NCBI RefSeq assembly: GCF_023055435.1
Contig: NW_025964383.1
Span: 15,438,001 to 15,502,000, forward strand
Source: Haliotis rufescens
Taxonomy: Eukaryota
DNA length: 64,000 nucleotides
Reading direction: 5' to 3'
Both the position numbers and the translations under genes were made by a program. Under the pieces are notes generated by a model. It saw only the letters and a program-made list of their open reading frames with translations, did not search any database and was not told where the DNA came from. Numbering within the stretch: position 1 is the first letter of the stretch; the number at the start of each line of letters is the position of its first letter. This document shows positions 34,144 to 46,900 of the stretch, piece after piece.

Positions 34144-34595
34144 AGCGCATCCTTCCACTGGTTTGTTTGGAAACGGCCAACGACTACCACTACCACTCCG
34201 TCCATGACCGTGGATTTCACCTCAATGGACGAACATCCTTCACCTTTTGGGTGAAGACTACCAATGACGCTCACATTGCGTTACTACGCAACAAAGGCGA
34301 CTACGACCAAAACATGTACGAAATCGTCATCGGAGGCTGGGGAAACACCCAGTCTGTCATCAGAGACAGGAAGCAAGGGAGAAACCTTGCGCTTGCGCGT
34401 CACGTTCCACTATCAGGGAACAAGCACCTGCCCTTCTGGATCAGCTTCAGCGATGGTACAATCGCCGTTGGTGCTGGCACAGAGGTCGGGAGACGTCAGT
34501 TCATGTCTTGGAGAGACCCATCTCCAACACTGATCAGATATGTGGGCGTGGCAACGGGTTGGGGGTCCACGGGAAAATGGCTTTTTTGTGAGTAA
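34144..34595 (+). CDS. FAMeT-domain protein, terminal exon (entire domain 3)
   Basis: RILPLVCLETANDYHY..SFTFWVKTTNDAHIAL..YEIVIGGWGNTQSVIR..TGWGSTGKWLFCE*. AATAAA sites follow at ~34657, 34706 and 34773. Confidence 0.92.
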
Positions 34596-35689
34596 ACAAG
34601 TTCTTACTTCATGACGTTACTAACATTATTTTTCGTTCTTTCGCTTCCCAAAAAAAATAAAAAAAATATTGCGGTCGTCGGTGTAACCTGTATCTTGCTA
34701 AAAGGAATAAAAATTATTCTGCTCTTGTCTAGCTAACATTCAATAGCAAAATAGATGCGTGTCTTACACAACCAATAAAGCAAATACTTTAGTCTATTTA
34801 TCTCGGTGTGTTGTAACTTTCGTCAATTTACAACTGCAATAGCCGCTAGTGACCACAGGTTTGGAGGCGTTCTGACTATGAACTGGTAACAGCTCAAATA
34901 TCTTTGGAACACAGTTATACGTGGCACAATATTTTGTCACAATGGCAGTATTGTTTTCCATCATCTACATGGTGTGAGATCAGGCGAGATACTGCTACAA
35001 AGAATTGCACCCGATTGTTTTGCAGACCTACTTCTAACTACTATGTGTATCGAGGTGTTTTAAACTTTTATCGACAAGTGTTGGTATACTTGATAAAAAA
35101 ATACTCTCGGATGATGGTGATATTCTCTAGTTCTGCATTATTGAAATATGTAAGGTTCGCTCATGGAAAAATTGTCTGTTTTAGAACCAGCCGATCCACA
35201 AGATGAACAAAACCATTGCAACTGTTGTAAAGATGGGGAAACAAGTACCTGGCTCCCTGTTGATGGACGAGAACAGCACAGCAGTTGAAGATCCTATTCC
35301 AATGCATGGACATGAATAATGAACCTTTAATAATATAAAGGACAATACTTTTCTTTGCTCATTCTACCTTAGAAGTTTTCGAAACATTCATATTTCACCT
35401 GATATAGAAATCCAATAATTGTAACCATTCAGGACAATTATTGTACTCGGTTACTTTTTATTGTTGTTATCTACAATGCATAACCCATATAAGATGTTTT
35501 GTTCTGAAATAAAGTGACTGCAATATGAATGAGTATTGTGTTATACATACAATTCTACAGTAGGCTACGCGCATACATCATACTGCCAAAAAAACAACCC
35601 CAACTATAGTGTTTTTTCAGCGCACTGCCTCGGGACGTGTATACCTAGCAGCGAGTCTCCTGAGTTGAACGACAATGTATTGTTCAGCG

Positions 35690-35892
35690 NNNNNNNNNNN
35701 NNNNNNNNNNNNNNNNNNNNNNNNNNNNNNNNNNNNNNNNNNNNNNNNNNNNNNNNNNNNNNNNNNNNNNNNNNNNNNNNNNNNNNNNNNNNNNNNNNNN
35801 NNNNNNNNNNNNNNNNNNNNNNNNNNNNNNNNNNNNNNNNNNNNNNNNNNNNNNNNNNNNNNNNNNNNNNNNNNNNNNNNNNNNNNNNNNNN
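35690..35892. other. Assembly gap
   Basis: Run of N. Confidence 1.
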
Positions 35893-36599
35893 AATAGTGT
35901 CGGAGATTACAAATACTATCATATTGTTAACACAACGCATTACATGTATGTACATGAACAATGAATTGTCAGATTATACAGGTAAGTTAGAATGGATTAT
36001 AATTCATGCTGATATTCTTTCACAGGTATAGTATAGATTTTAGGTTCCATGAACATATTTCTTTTGACACAATGCTTAAGAATTAGTCGCACAGTTTAAG
36101 GTCCATATCCTCCACGACATGTGTGATACTACCTCGGAGTGTGACCATTGTAGCGCCTTCCTTACAGTCTTCCAGTCTTATAAACCGTTCTAGCATAACT
36201 GATTCCAACAACGTTTCGTACATAACATTTCTCTGTAGAAAACGCTCTTCACAATTCAACAGTTGATGTTTATTTATATCGCCATGCCCTTCCTGACAAT
36301 ATTGGGAGTAGACCAAGTTACACTAAAGCATACAACATAAGGCACATACTCCACACTCGATGTGGCATCAATTTATTATATTGACAGCAGCGGGTGAGTC
36401 GCCTAGCTGAACACTACCAAGCTACTGTCGTTCATTTCTCAATGAACGTCACTATGTCACATGATTACGTTGTCAATCGCACGTAGACAATAAGAACTAC
36501 TTTAGGGGAATTTCCCAAAGTCTAAAGATAACATTAAAAATAATATTAGGGAACAAACTGAGAGCAACATCGATTTAGGTGATGAATGATTGCAGGTTT

Positions 36600-36762
36600 T
36601 GAGTGAGTGAGTTTGGTTTTACGCCGCTTTTAGCAATATTCCAGCAATATCACGGCGTGGGACACCAGAAATGGGCTTCCCACATTGTACCAATGTCGGG
36701 AATCGAACCCGGGTCTTCGGCATGACGAGCGAACGCTTTAACCACCAGGCTACCCGACCGCC
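36600..36762 (-). mobile_element. SINE family B, full length
   Basis: Reverse-complement consensus; TSD TTGCAGG(T/C)TTTGA. Confidence 0.85.
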
Positions 36763-37079
36763 TTGCAGGCTTTGAAGTCAGACAGATCATGTATATGTCG
36801 GGTCACCGAAATGAAGCGTCCATTCGAAGCTATAACAGAGAATGCACTACTCTCCAAAAGAAATCACCGAGCTCCAGACTATCGTGCCTCAGTAAATCCA
36901 ACCGCGCCGCCTCAAGCGGTAATCCCCGTCATCAGCAGCCGTAGTATGACTCAAACACGCACCAAAAGTTCACAGAACGTTAATATGTATCCATTTTCAG
37001 CATGAGCCGGGTCTGGATTTCTTTCCAATTCCAATGCTAACTTTACTGGGGGCAACTTATATTTCAAGCGAATGACATT

Positions 37080-37170
37080 GCGGTAGCCGCCATTTTGTGC
37101 CGTTTGTAAAAAAACGATGTCACTCCAAATGGAATGTTTGGGACGGATGACGTCACGACGTCACGACTCT
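37080..37170 (-). promoter_or_regulatory. Candidate housekeeping-type promoter/TSS of a minus-strand transcript
   Basis: Full YY1 motif GCCGCCATTTTG (37086-37097), CRE TGACGTCA at 37148 with a second GACGTCA, and CpG-rich context. Confidence 0.45.
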
Positions 37171-37724
37171 CCGCGTTCACATAGTTCGCTTTCAATAATT
37201 AAAGTTTGATGTTTAATGGATTGTTTTGTTATGATTTATGTATCTGTCAGTATATGGAATTTGCTCAGCTGAGGCACTGTCTTCATCAGCTGATGAACGT
37301 CAACAAATACAACTTCAATCCTTAAATACAAATACAAATGACGTCTTTCTCCGACGTTATCGAAGTCATTCTAGGTGAGAATTAGCTGGGGATAAGTCCA
37401 ATGTATGTTCGTGGTATTTCGTTCACGAGGAACTAAACTATTCCAACAGAAATATCGATATTGAAACTGTATACGTTTAGGTATAAAAATAACCATAAGA
37501 AATTATGAAATCGTACTTCATAAAACAGGAAGTAATAGCGAAATGGATCGTCCATCTGAAGCGCTTCATGATAAATTTGCTCACGTGAGGCACTGTCTTC
37601 ATCAGCTGATGAAGGTCAACAAATACGACTTCAATCCTTAAGTGAATGGAGTAGAATCGGTTCAGGTCTCGATTCTTTGATTTGTTCCGGCCATCTCAGC
37701 GTCTCTTTATCAACAACTTACCAT

Positions 37725-37905
37725 GAAAGGCGACTATTCTTGTCGTGAGAGGAGTAACGGGATCAGGTTGTCAGGCTCGCGGACTTGGTTGATGCATGTC
37801 ATCGTATCCCAGGATTACTGGATTACTAATCCAAACTCGATTATTTACAGAATGCCGTCATAGGGCTCGAATACTGATGAGTGCGGCGTTAAACAACAAA
37901 CAAAC
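37725..37905 (+). mobile_element. Family A retroposon, truncated/deleted
   Basis: AAAGGCGACTA..CGGGATCAGG..GCGGCGTTAAACAACAAAC. Confidence 0.75.
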
Positions 37906-39407
37906 ACTGTCTTTATGAAAACATCTTGAAAGCGGTGTTAAACCTCATTTTACATGGCATTTAACATAACGGTCAGTCGGTTGCAACTTCAACTCCAAGC
38001 ATGGTTTTGACCTCCTATCACACAGTCGCTACATACATGGGTTGTCTCCCTTGAGCTGTAACAGATCCACGCCATCGCTACATGACTGGCTTGTCTCCCC
38101 TGTGTTGTTAGAGATCCTTCGTTGCACTCTCGGTAACATCACTGCCACCACTGTGGGTGCGGACATTACAAGAATCTTGAAATGTGCCCTCTAACCCTAA
38201 ATGTAGCAATGCTTATTCTTTTGTTTTTGTCTTTGGGAATGCCATCATAGTTCATTTTGGTAAGGTTTACGACTGACCATATTTCCCAAACGAATCTTCC
38301 TTTCGTTTTGTTTATCTAGATTGGTTCGAGATTGAAGACGAACGGAAAATCATCCAACTTATCCCTTACATTCTAACTATTCCAATTAAATGATAGTTGA
38401 AATGAAATAGAAATTCAAATTGACAAACAAAGAAAATAATTTAGCAGGGGTGAGAGTATTTGGCGTCACGGCAGTCACCACTTGTTTGTAAACATAACCG
38501 TCGGCCGGTTGCGACAAGCATGGTTGTAGCCACCTATCACAGTTTTGACTGCAGCGATAGTATAGAGAGCTCCACGATCGCTATGGCTGTGGGGAACGTG
38601 GTCCGAGATATGCATGGGTTGTCTCCCTTGTGCTGAAAAAGATCTACGCCATCGGCATATGAATGGCTTGTCTCCCCTGCATTGTAAGAGATCCTCCACA
38701 CAGTCGCAACATGCATGTTGAGAGTCCCACCTTCGAAATGACGGTCACTGCAATCGATCATAAATAGGGAAACAGGGAAGTTGTTTTTTCATTTGGTCTG
38801 TTTCGGATTCAGTTGGGTCACGTGAACACTTCACTTAGGGTTCGACTGCGGGCTCTCATGTACAGAGAACATTCCATGAATAACTTTGCTTAATGGGGTT
38901 GATATTCTTTAGTTGTAGTCAACTTTGTGTTTCATGTCTTCCTGAAGAACGAAACCGCTTTGAATATGTTTCCACGAGGAAATGTTTTGCCACGAGCTTA
39001 AATGCATGCTTAGAAAAGTAATCACACTGTGTGTCCTCATCGATGAGTGACTTTTTCTTCAAACTCTTGACTATGAATGACAGCGTTCATACAAAAACAT
39101 ACAAAACAGTTACTGAAGCTGTTAATATCAGCATTATACTCATTTCTTTACAGACAACCTAACAGTTACAGTCTGTGTATGTTTTTGCATGACATTATTA
39201 TTATTATTATTATTATTACAACTGCCACAGAGAATTGCCATTTTTTTTACCAAATACTAATTTTATTATCATCGTTATAATCATCATCATCATCAACAGT
39301 GTTGCCTACAAGTTTAATTGTAAAAGTAGATGACATACATTCCTGCCTGTTTGATGCTGATGTTATAAAAATGTCAGGTGTAATGACGTTTGAGAATAAT
39401 ATTTAAA

Positions 39408-39560
39408 GATTGACTGTGTATTCTTTTCGGTTCATTGAGGTATGAATAGAAAAACCGATGTGCAAACTGTATGAATCCGCGTAGAGGATGCTTACAAAAG
39501 TCTGCACATCGGTTTTTCGATTCATACCTCAATGAACCGAAACAAATACACAGTCAATGC
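39408..39560. repeat. Long inverted repeat (~55-60-bp arms), probable non-autonomous transposon terminus
   Basis: ATTGACTGTGTATT..TTCGGTTCATTGAGGTATGAAT.GAAAAACCGATGTGCA and its reverse complement. Confidence 0.8.
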
Positions 39561-40528
39561 CTTTAATGACATTCGACAACGTAAAACATGTTTTATCTAC
39601 AATAGTTTAACCAAAAACATTTGTATATATCAAAACAGACATATATGACGAGATTGATAAACAATGCAGGTGTAGGAATACATACTGTGGCGTGACATGA
39701 ATCAGGTGATCGTTTAATTTATGCACATAACTTTCCACGCCCACACAGTCAGTAGCCAATCAACGGAGAGTAGGATCAAAACAATCTTCATTGGACCTGT
39801 CAATTAAGGCAAGGGGCGAAAGAACTGCACAAGTCAGACTGTTACGAACCGGAAGAAATATGTCAGGGAGAAGGCGGCTGTTTCAAATAACATGGTCAGT
39901 TACCCCCAAACTCAAACATTACTACCCTGATTACGGTAAAGCACAGTTTGAAAAATGCTAGTTAGAAATGAAACCCGAAGACATAAAATCTGAACCGAGG
40001 CGAGCGAGCCTGTACGCTTGTTGTTTCATTCATTCTCCGCCTTCGGTTTCAAAGGGTAGTTTGGACAATGCATATGCACGGAAGTCGGTAAAGGTCCTGT
40101 GCGTGACGATACAGGTGAGCAGAAAGGGAATTCCTTCGACTGTAATATTGGGATTTCCCGACATTCCGCAGTAATAAAAGTAGTGGGCCTCCGTGGGCAA
40201 TCTCAAGCTGGATGACAATGAAGAGAGCAGGACGGACCCGCCATGTGATGAGATAAACATTCATTTGTGAAGATGGCTTAGCACCATATATTTCCCTTGA
40301 TAGAAAGTTAAAGATTCACAGTTGTAGTGAATTATTTTGCATGAGGTTGAAAACACTCCCATGTGCGAATGTGTCAGTACAATCTAAACAGGAAATTAAA
40401 CATCCAAATCAGCTTTGTGGTGTTTAAATGCGTTGGCGACCTTCGGTCAACGTACAAACATGTCCCTTGAATATGGGTGATACTTCCTCGTAAACGGGAA
40501 ATATAATTTGCACGAACAGTCTCTATCA

Positions 40529-40866
40529 TACGGAAGCCTTTTAGGGCCAATTGTTTTTTTATTGTTTTTTTTCAAATTGAAACATACTAACATGAAATTT
40601 CAAGATGTTATGTTGAAGTTTGAAGATACTAGGTTGAAATGTCAAGTTAGAATCTTAAAATTTCAACTTATCACCTTGAAATTTCAACTTAGTATCTTGA
40701 AAGTTCAATATACATACTAAGATGAAATTTTAAGATAATAAGTTGAAATTTAAGTTTCTCACTTGACATTTCAACTTTGCATCTTCAAACTTTAACATAA
40801 TATCTTCAAATTTCAAGAAAAATAACAAAAAAACAAACAACAAATGGCCCTAAAAGGTTTCCGTAC
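40529..40866. mobile_element. Palindromic MITE
   Basis: TIRs TACGGAAGCCTTTTAGGGCCA / TGGCCCTAAAAGGTTTCCGTA. The internal TTGAAA/TTTCAA repeats are also mirrored. Confidence 0.8.
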
Positions 40867-41449
40867 TTTCATCTCCTTCATTTAGCTTCCGAACAGCGAG
40901 TTGTAAAGTTCGGTCCATCGAGACACTCGAAAATAAACCATGCGATTTATTTCCTTATCATGTACATTGAATTTTGTCATTGCTGTTATACGTATATGAC
41001 CAATAGATAATAGAAACATTACACACAGACAATATACAGATAATAAATAGATGATGCATAGATAATGAAAAGTTGATACGTAGATAATGGAAAGGTGATA
41101 CATAGATAATAGACAATATGCAGATAATAAATAGATTAATAGATAATAATATACTCAACAACAAAAGTTCATGTGACACCAATATTTTAGTGTATTTAAA
41201 AAAAAAGTGAAGTTTGGTTTTCAATCTTGTAGTACATGTATGGAATCAAGTCACAAAAAACGCGACTGCTACAGAAAAGCATGCATTCCATGCAAAAGTT
41301 GACTTTTATGCAAGCCCCATGCATTCACTACCAAAGAATGGGTATAAAAACATGTGCGTTAACGGGATTCCATATGCATTGTTTAGCATCGTGCTGACAA
41401 CAACCACCCAGAAAAGCAACAAAATTACGCAATTATTCAACATTACGAA

Positions 41450-42456
41450 ATGCCACGCCTGTCCGAAAATGAGCGTCTGCGAGCCATTGGTATGCTTGAA
41501 GCAGGATCGAGTCAACATGATGTTGCAAGACAATTCAACGTCCACAGAAACACCATTTAGTGTTTATGGCAACGTTGGCAACATACGAGTGCAGTCAGAT
41601 ACCTTCCTCGGAGTGGCAGGCCACGCGTAACCAATAATCGACAAGACAACTGGATTCGAACAACACACCTACGAAATCGATTCAAGCCAGCAACACTGGC
41701 TGCAAGAATCATCCTTCACAAACCGTACGTCGTCGCCTCAGATGTGCAGGGATTGTCGCCAGAATACCCGCCAGACGTCCCATTTTGACAGCAAACCACC
41801 GTCAAGGACGTCTACAGTGGTGTAGACAGCGTCTATCCTGGACGGCCATACAATGGGGACAAGTTCTATTCACTGACCAGTCTTGTTTTCACCTCAGCCA
41901 CAGCGATGGCCGGATTCGAGTGTACCGACGTCGAGGTGGACGTTACGTCAATCATTGTGTCATGCAAAAGATCGGTTCTGGGGCGGCAGCGTTATGGTTT
42001 GGGGTGGGATTACAGCAAGACAGAGGCCCGTTTGATAGACGTTTGATAGATAGTTTGGTAGAAGGAAATCTCAATGGACAGCGCTACCGCGACGAGATCA
42101 TCGGCCCTGTTGTTCTACAGTTTTTGCGTCGTCATGGCCCAGGCATTACCTTTCAACATGACAACGCCCGGTCTCATATTGCTCGACTTGTTCAGGATTC
42201 TCTTCAACAAAACAACGTGAATGTCAGCCCCTGGCCGGCTCGCTCCCCTGATCTCTCACCAATCGAACACATGTGGGACGAGATGGATCGGCGCCTTCGA
42301 GGTCAACCACGCGTTCCACAGACACTCCAGGAACTTCGAAACATTCTCCAGCAGATATGGACAGATATCCCACAGGACTTTGTGCGACGCCTGGTCAATT
42401 CCATGAGACGATGTGTTGCTTGCATCGCAACCAGAGGTGGACACACACGCTATTGA
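41450..42456 (+). mobile_element. Tc1-like transposase pseudogene
   Basis: MPRLSENERLRAIGMLEAG (HTH)...VLFTDQS..FQHDNARSH..WPARSPDLSPIEHMW..RGGHTRY, with frameshifts and stops. Confidence 0.9.
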
Positions 42457-42654
42457 TTTGTAAATTGACATTTTGGCATGTCTTTTATGAAATCACGCAT
42501 TTTCTGAAGTCAGTCTTCCAAATTAAACAATTTGAACACTTACAGGAGTCTTTTATCTGTTGCAAATCGAAATTGTTACAGATTTGGTAAAAAACGTAAC
42601 TTTGCATTAAATCTTATTCAATGTCACAATATTGTTGTTGTTCATTACATATTA

Positions 42655-42716
42655 ATAATTATTGCACTTATATAGCCACATGTATGAACGTGTGTGTGTG
42701 TTTGTGTGTGTGTGTT

Positions 42717-42762
<46 letters not shown>

Positions 42763-42918
42763 TATTTGCGTGTGAACGCTTGTACTAGTCCGGGCTAATG
42801 CCGATTTTATAGTGCTTGCCCACTGAGAGCCCATGCCACAGTTTAACATGAATACCCTACACGACCAGTCCCTTACAAAATGCTGAGCACCAGGCAGGGT
42901 AAGAACAAGTACCATATT
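42655..42918 (-). mobile_element. SINE family D, 5'-truncated, with (GT)n
   Basis: Reverse complement of GGTACTTG..CCCTGCCTGG..GTATTCATGTTAAACTG..ACTAGTACAAGC(AC)n. Confidence 0.75.
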
Positions 42919-43049
42919 TTATCGTAACTGATAAGAAGTAGATAATATAGAGATAATACACATATAATACCGCTGCTGGCCTGAGACCTGAGGCCTGAGG
43001 CCTGAGGCGCTGGTAGCATACATACTTATAAGACCTAATAAGAAATGGA

Positions 43050-44500
43050 CAGTAATGGTAAACTGTGTTCTGTCAACTTTTGCAAAGGCTACGTTAATGG
43101 AAGCTTCATTTCATTAACAGCTGTTGAAAAAGAAATATTCTGACAACAAATCCTTATTATTGCCCAACAACAAACAAAGTGCGTTTCTTGAAGGACTCAA
43201 AGAAGCTTGTTCTGCTAAGACTTAGTATTACATTTTTGGCCGGTATGAAATTCTTCAGTGTTGTGATATTGAAAAGTTAATGCGTAAATGCAGTGACTGT
43301 GCTCAAGAACTCATATACTTTACACTAATCTATATGTTTGACAGCATTAAGAACGGTCACGTTTCAACTGGTCATGCTGATCGTTACAAAATTACATTAA
43401 TTATGCTCATATCACTCGTGAGGTAGTAGAGCTGTACAAACTGCTTTGCATTGAATGTCTAAACGCATCACAGCAAAGGGCGTAGTTGTTAAACACAGTC
43501 CAATGTCCAGGGATTTTGGATCTGGAGGGCAGGTCGACCTTGTCGACATGCAGTTAATGGCTAATAGATCAGGACCATCTTACTAAGTATTGTGTGGCCC
43601 ACCTCAGATTTAGCAGAGTGATAATGGTGGGGAATTTACTGCATTTGTTATCTCTGAGTTCTAGCTTCTATGGCCTGATGGTATAGTGAAAACCAAGACA
43701 CCCACAAAGCCAAGGTTCAGTTGAACGTTTAAACTGTGACGTACAGGACATGCTCATTCCGTGGTTAGGGGACAATGATTCAACAGACTGGTCTATGGGA
43801 CTCCGTATTGTACAATTCCAAAAATGCAGCAGCCACCATTCTGTTATCTAGCAGTCACCATACAAATCCTGATTTGGTACTGAAGCCCAAGTCGACTTCG
43901 TACCTATTCCATACCAACGGAACTTCTCGAGAGAATGGTGTCTGAAGACGTTCTTATCGCAGCATACTCTCAGACAAACCAGACAAGTGAAATCGCCACA
44001 TAGTTGCAACAGACATCTGAAGAGACTGAAGATGTCCCAGAGGCTCAGCTAAGGACCATTGAGCTATACATCCAGGTCCAGCAACAAAGGGCAGCCGATG
44101 GACAACTTGCACAGGCTGAATGCATGCTCAGGCGCAGTCGTTTTATGCTCGTTCCTGGCAACCCTGGTGATAATGTAACAGTTGCCACCCCTCTTGGCCG
44201 TCGTGGTGATGGCGATCCTCGTAATATCATGAGCATCATTGCAGACAGAGACAACATTGACCTGTATCAGGTAGCAGCAGAACCCAGTTCGACCTGTACA
44301 GCATTTAGGACACGTGTAAAGACAAAGACCTGAGCCTCCGCCAGGGAGTGTAAAATGAGTGCGATGGTCAGAGATTTACCAAATGTTGTTGTGTAGTAAG
44401 CGGCAAACAGTGTTAGACATTGGATGCAAATGTTACAAGGCAGGTTTAAGATGCAAGAGCAGGTGCTACTCAAGACTAACATGTGACAAAAATAACTGTC
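43050..44500 (+). mobile_element. Degenerate integrase-like transposase (KRBA2/SCAND3-like, Ginger2/TDD-type)
   Basis: Fragments HVSTGH, ITREVVELY..C.EC, GQVDLVDMQ, QDHLTKY, SDNGGEFTA, PRHPQSQGSVERLN, GDGDPRNI, and a C-terminal Cys-rich remnant. Many frameshifts. Confidence 0.8.
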
Positions 44501-44723
44501 CAAAATAAACGGAAATAGACGGATCATGTAGTTGTTCACATGTAACAACTGCGAAACATTATGTGCAAACAATATTACTAAGTCATATGTTTGTTCACAA
44601 TATATTCTGGATGTTCTGTAGCTGAACTGCATGTTATGTCAATAAAAATAAGTAACATATAAAAGGACTCTAGTATTCTTTCGTGTTTGAAGAACCAATC
44701 AATTAACTGTGGAACTTCTTATA

Positions 44724-46248
44724 TAAACTGACGTCCAAAAGAAACTTTACCAACTGAAAATATAAATTTCAGACAAAGTATAAATTTTTTTTACGATGAA
44801 GTCTATCTAAAACACATAACCTAAATACAACAATAGTGTATGCAGAAAATGTTAATCGTCTGTTACATGTTTTCGCGATAACACGCGAAAAAGTGAAAAA
44901 CACGTGCACCACGGACAACTGCAAATGCACGTGTGAGTAAGGGTATAAAACGATTGCAACGGCAAGTCAGACATCCACAGTGATACAAAAACACAAAGGA
45001 AATGCCACGACTGACAGTCGAACAACGTGAACGAGCCTTGGGTATGGTACAGATGGGAGCCACCAACGCCCATATTGCACGAACCTTCGGTTGCTCCCGT
45101 GTTGCCGTTACCAACTTGATGCAATGTTACAGACAGACAGGGCGGACCGCTGACAGGCCAAGAACAGGCAGACCCAGGGTGACCACGCACCATGATGACC
45201 GGTACTTGCGTACCTTGCACCGAAATCGCTTCCTGACAGTGACGTCATCGGCGACAAATGCCTTAGGTCACAGGGTTAGTCGGCAGACAGTGGCCAGGAG
45301 ACTCAGGGCTCATGGAATCAGGGCTTTTAGACCATACAGAGGACAGCTATTGACAGCGCAACATCGTCGTCTGCGATTGAGATGGGCCCGGACTGTACGA
45401 CGTTGGCAACGACGTGACTGGCAGAGGGTTGTCGTCATTGACGAAAAGTCGATTCTGTATGTTTAGGGCTGACTGAAGACAACGTGTTTAACGCCGAAGG
45501 GGTGAACGAACGGCGGCGTGTTGCGTGCAGGAGGTCGTACCATATGGTGGAGGGAGTGTCATGGTGTGGGGAGGGATCTGTGGGCAGGAGAGGGCACCGC
45601 TGGTCATCGTTGACGCAAGCTTGACAGCTCAGCGTTACATGAATAACATTCTTCTTCCAGTTGTCCTACCATTTCTCCAACAGCAGCCACGTGGTGTCAT
45701 TTATCAGCATCACAACGCTAGAGCTCATACAGCCAGAATTGTCACTCACTTCCTCGCAGCCAACAACGTCAACGTCCTGCCGTGGCCTGCACGCTCACCC
45801 GACATGTCCCCCATAGAACACCTCTGGGACCTGATCGATCGTCGGGTTCCACAACGACCACACTCTCAAGCCAACCGGCAGGAACTGAGCTTGGCCCTCC
45901 AAGAAGAATGGCGTCAAATCCCACGTGACCTCATCAGACGACTGACTGTTTCTGTGCGTCGAAGAGTTTTTGCGTGTATTGAGGCATTTGGTGGTCACAC
46001 ACGCTACTAATGACTTGTTATTGAACGTGAGCGATTGTTTATGTACTCTGCCTATTGTCCATGATTCTGAAAGCTAGAGTGGGGGGCTCTGACGTCGTTC
46101 TCGGTCGCGGTATGATTGTCATTTTCAGTGTTGATTATGTTGATATATTGATCTTCTCGATACACTTTACTTCATGCATGTATGTTGTTGTTTTTTTTAG
46201 CAAGAGTGATTTCAAACTCTGGTAAAGTTTCTCTTGGACGTCAGTTTA
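44724..46248 (+). mobile_element. Full-length Tc1-like transposon with TIRs; transposase (45002-46010) disrupted
   Basis: TIR TAAACTGACGTCCAA(A/G)AGAAACTTTACCA at both ends with TA flanks. ORF pieces MPRLTVEQRERALG.. and ..WPARSPDMSPIEHLW..GGHTRY. It has a frameshift/stops, and the second catalytic D reads H. Confidence 0.93.
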
Positions 46249-46339
46249 TAAGTTACTGTGATCTTCGTGAGATCAAAATAGATCCAAATTAATATGAGGA
46301 GATTAAATGTAATGAAGGAGTACACTGGCTGAAACTTTC

Positions 46340-46900
46340 AGTCAGTATGTACATTGCCTGGGTGAATCAGTCAATGTACATATTGCCTGGATGAATCAGT
46401 CAATGTACATATTGCCTCAGTGAATCAGTCAATGTACCTATTGCCTTGGTGAATCAGTCAATGTACATATTGCCTGGGTGAATCAGTCAATGTACCTATT
46501 GCCTGAGTGAATCAGTCAATGTACATATTGCCTGAGTGAATCAGTCAATGTACATATTGCCTGAGTGAATCAGTCAATGTACCTATTGCCTGAGTGAATC
46601 AGTCAATGTACATATTGCCTGAGTGAATCAGTCAATGTACATATTGCCTGGGTGAATCAGTCAATGTACCTATTGCCTGAGTGAATCAGTCAATGTACAT
46701 ATTGCCTGGGTGAATCAGTCAATGTAAATATTGCCTGAGTGAATCAGTCAATGTACATATTGCCTGGGTGAATCAGTCAATGTACATATTGCCTGGGTGA
46801 ATCAGTCAATGTACCTATTGCCTGAGTGAATCAGTCAATGTACATATTGCCTGAGTGAATCAGTCAATGTACATATTGCCTGGGTGAATCAGTCAATCTA
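46340..46900. repeat. 29-bp minisatellite, ~19 copies
   Basis: Unit TGAATCAGTCAATGTACATATTGCCTG(A/G)G. Confidence 0.95.

Noticed and set aside
35536-36031. ORFs spanning the N run
   Set aside because: Artefacts of the assembly gap.
36083-36316. 77-aa minus ORF faintly resembling an RTE C-terminus
   Set aside because: The similarity is too weak to support without a search.
36885-36935. Possible C/D snoRNA on the minus strand (TGATGA..GATTACCGC..CTGA)
   Set aside because: Only ~45 nt between the boxes, no convincing terminal stem, and the rRNA complement is too short.
37965-38700. Diverged direct repeats with GTTGTCTCCC(T/C)TG motifs, with related sequence at 55125-55260
   Set aside because: Probably a dispersed transposon relic, but the family and boundaries cannot be supported.
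7775-46900. CRISPR-like appearance of the regular arrays (54, 24, ~60 and 29 bp)
   Set aside because: There are no unique spacers and no cas genes, and the context is eukaryotic.
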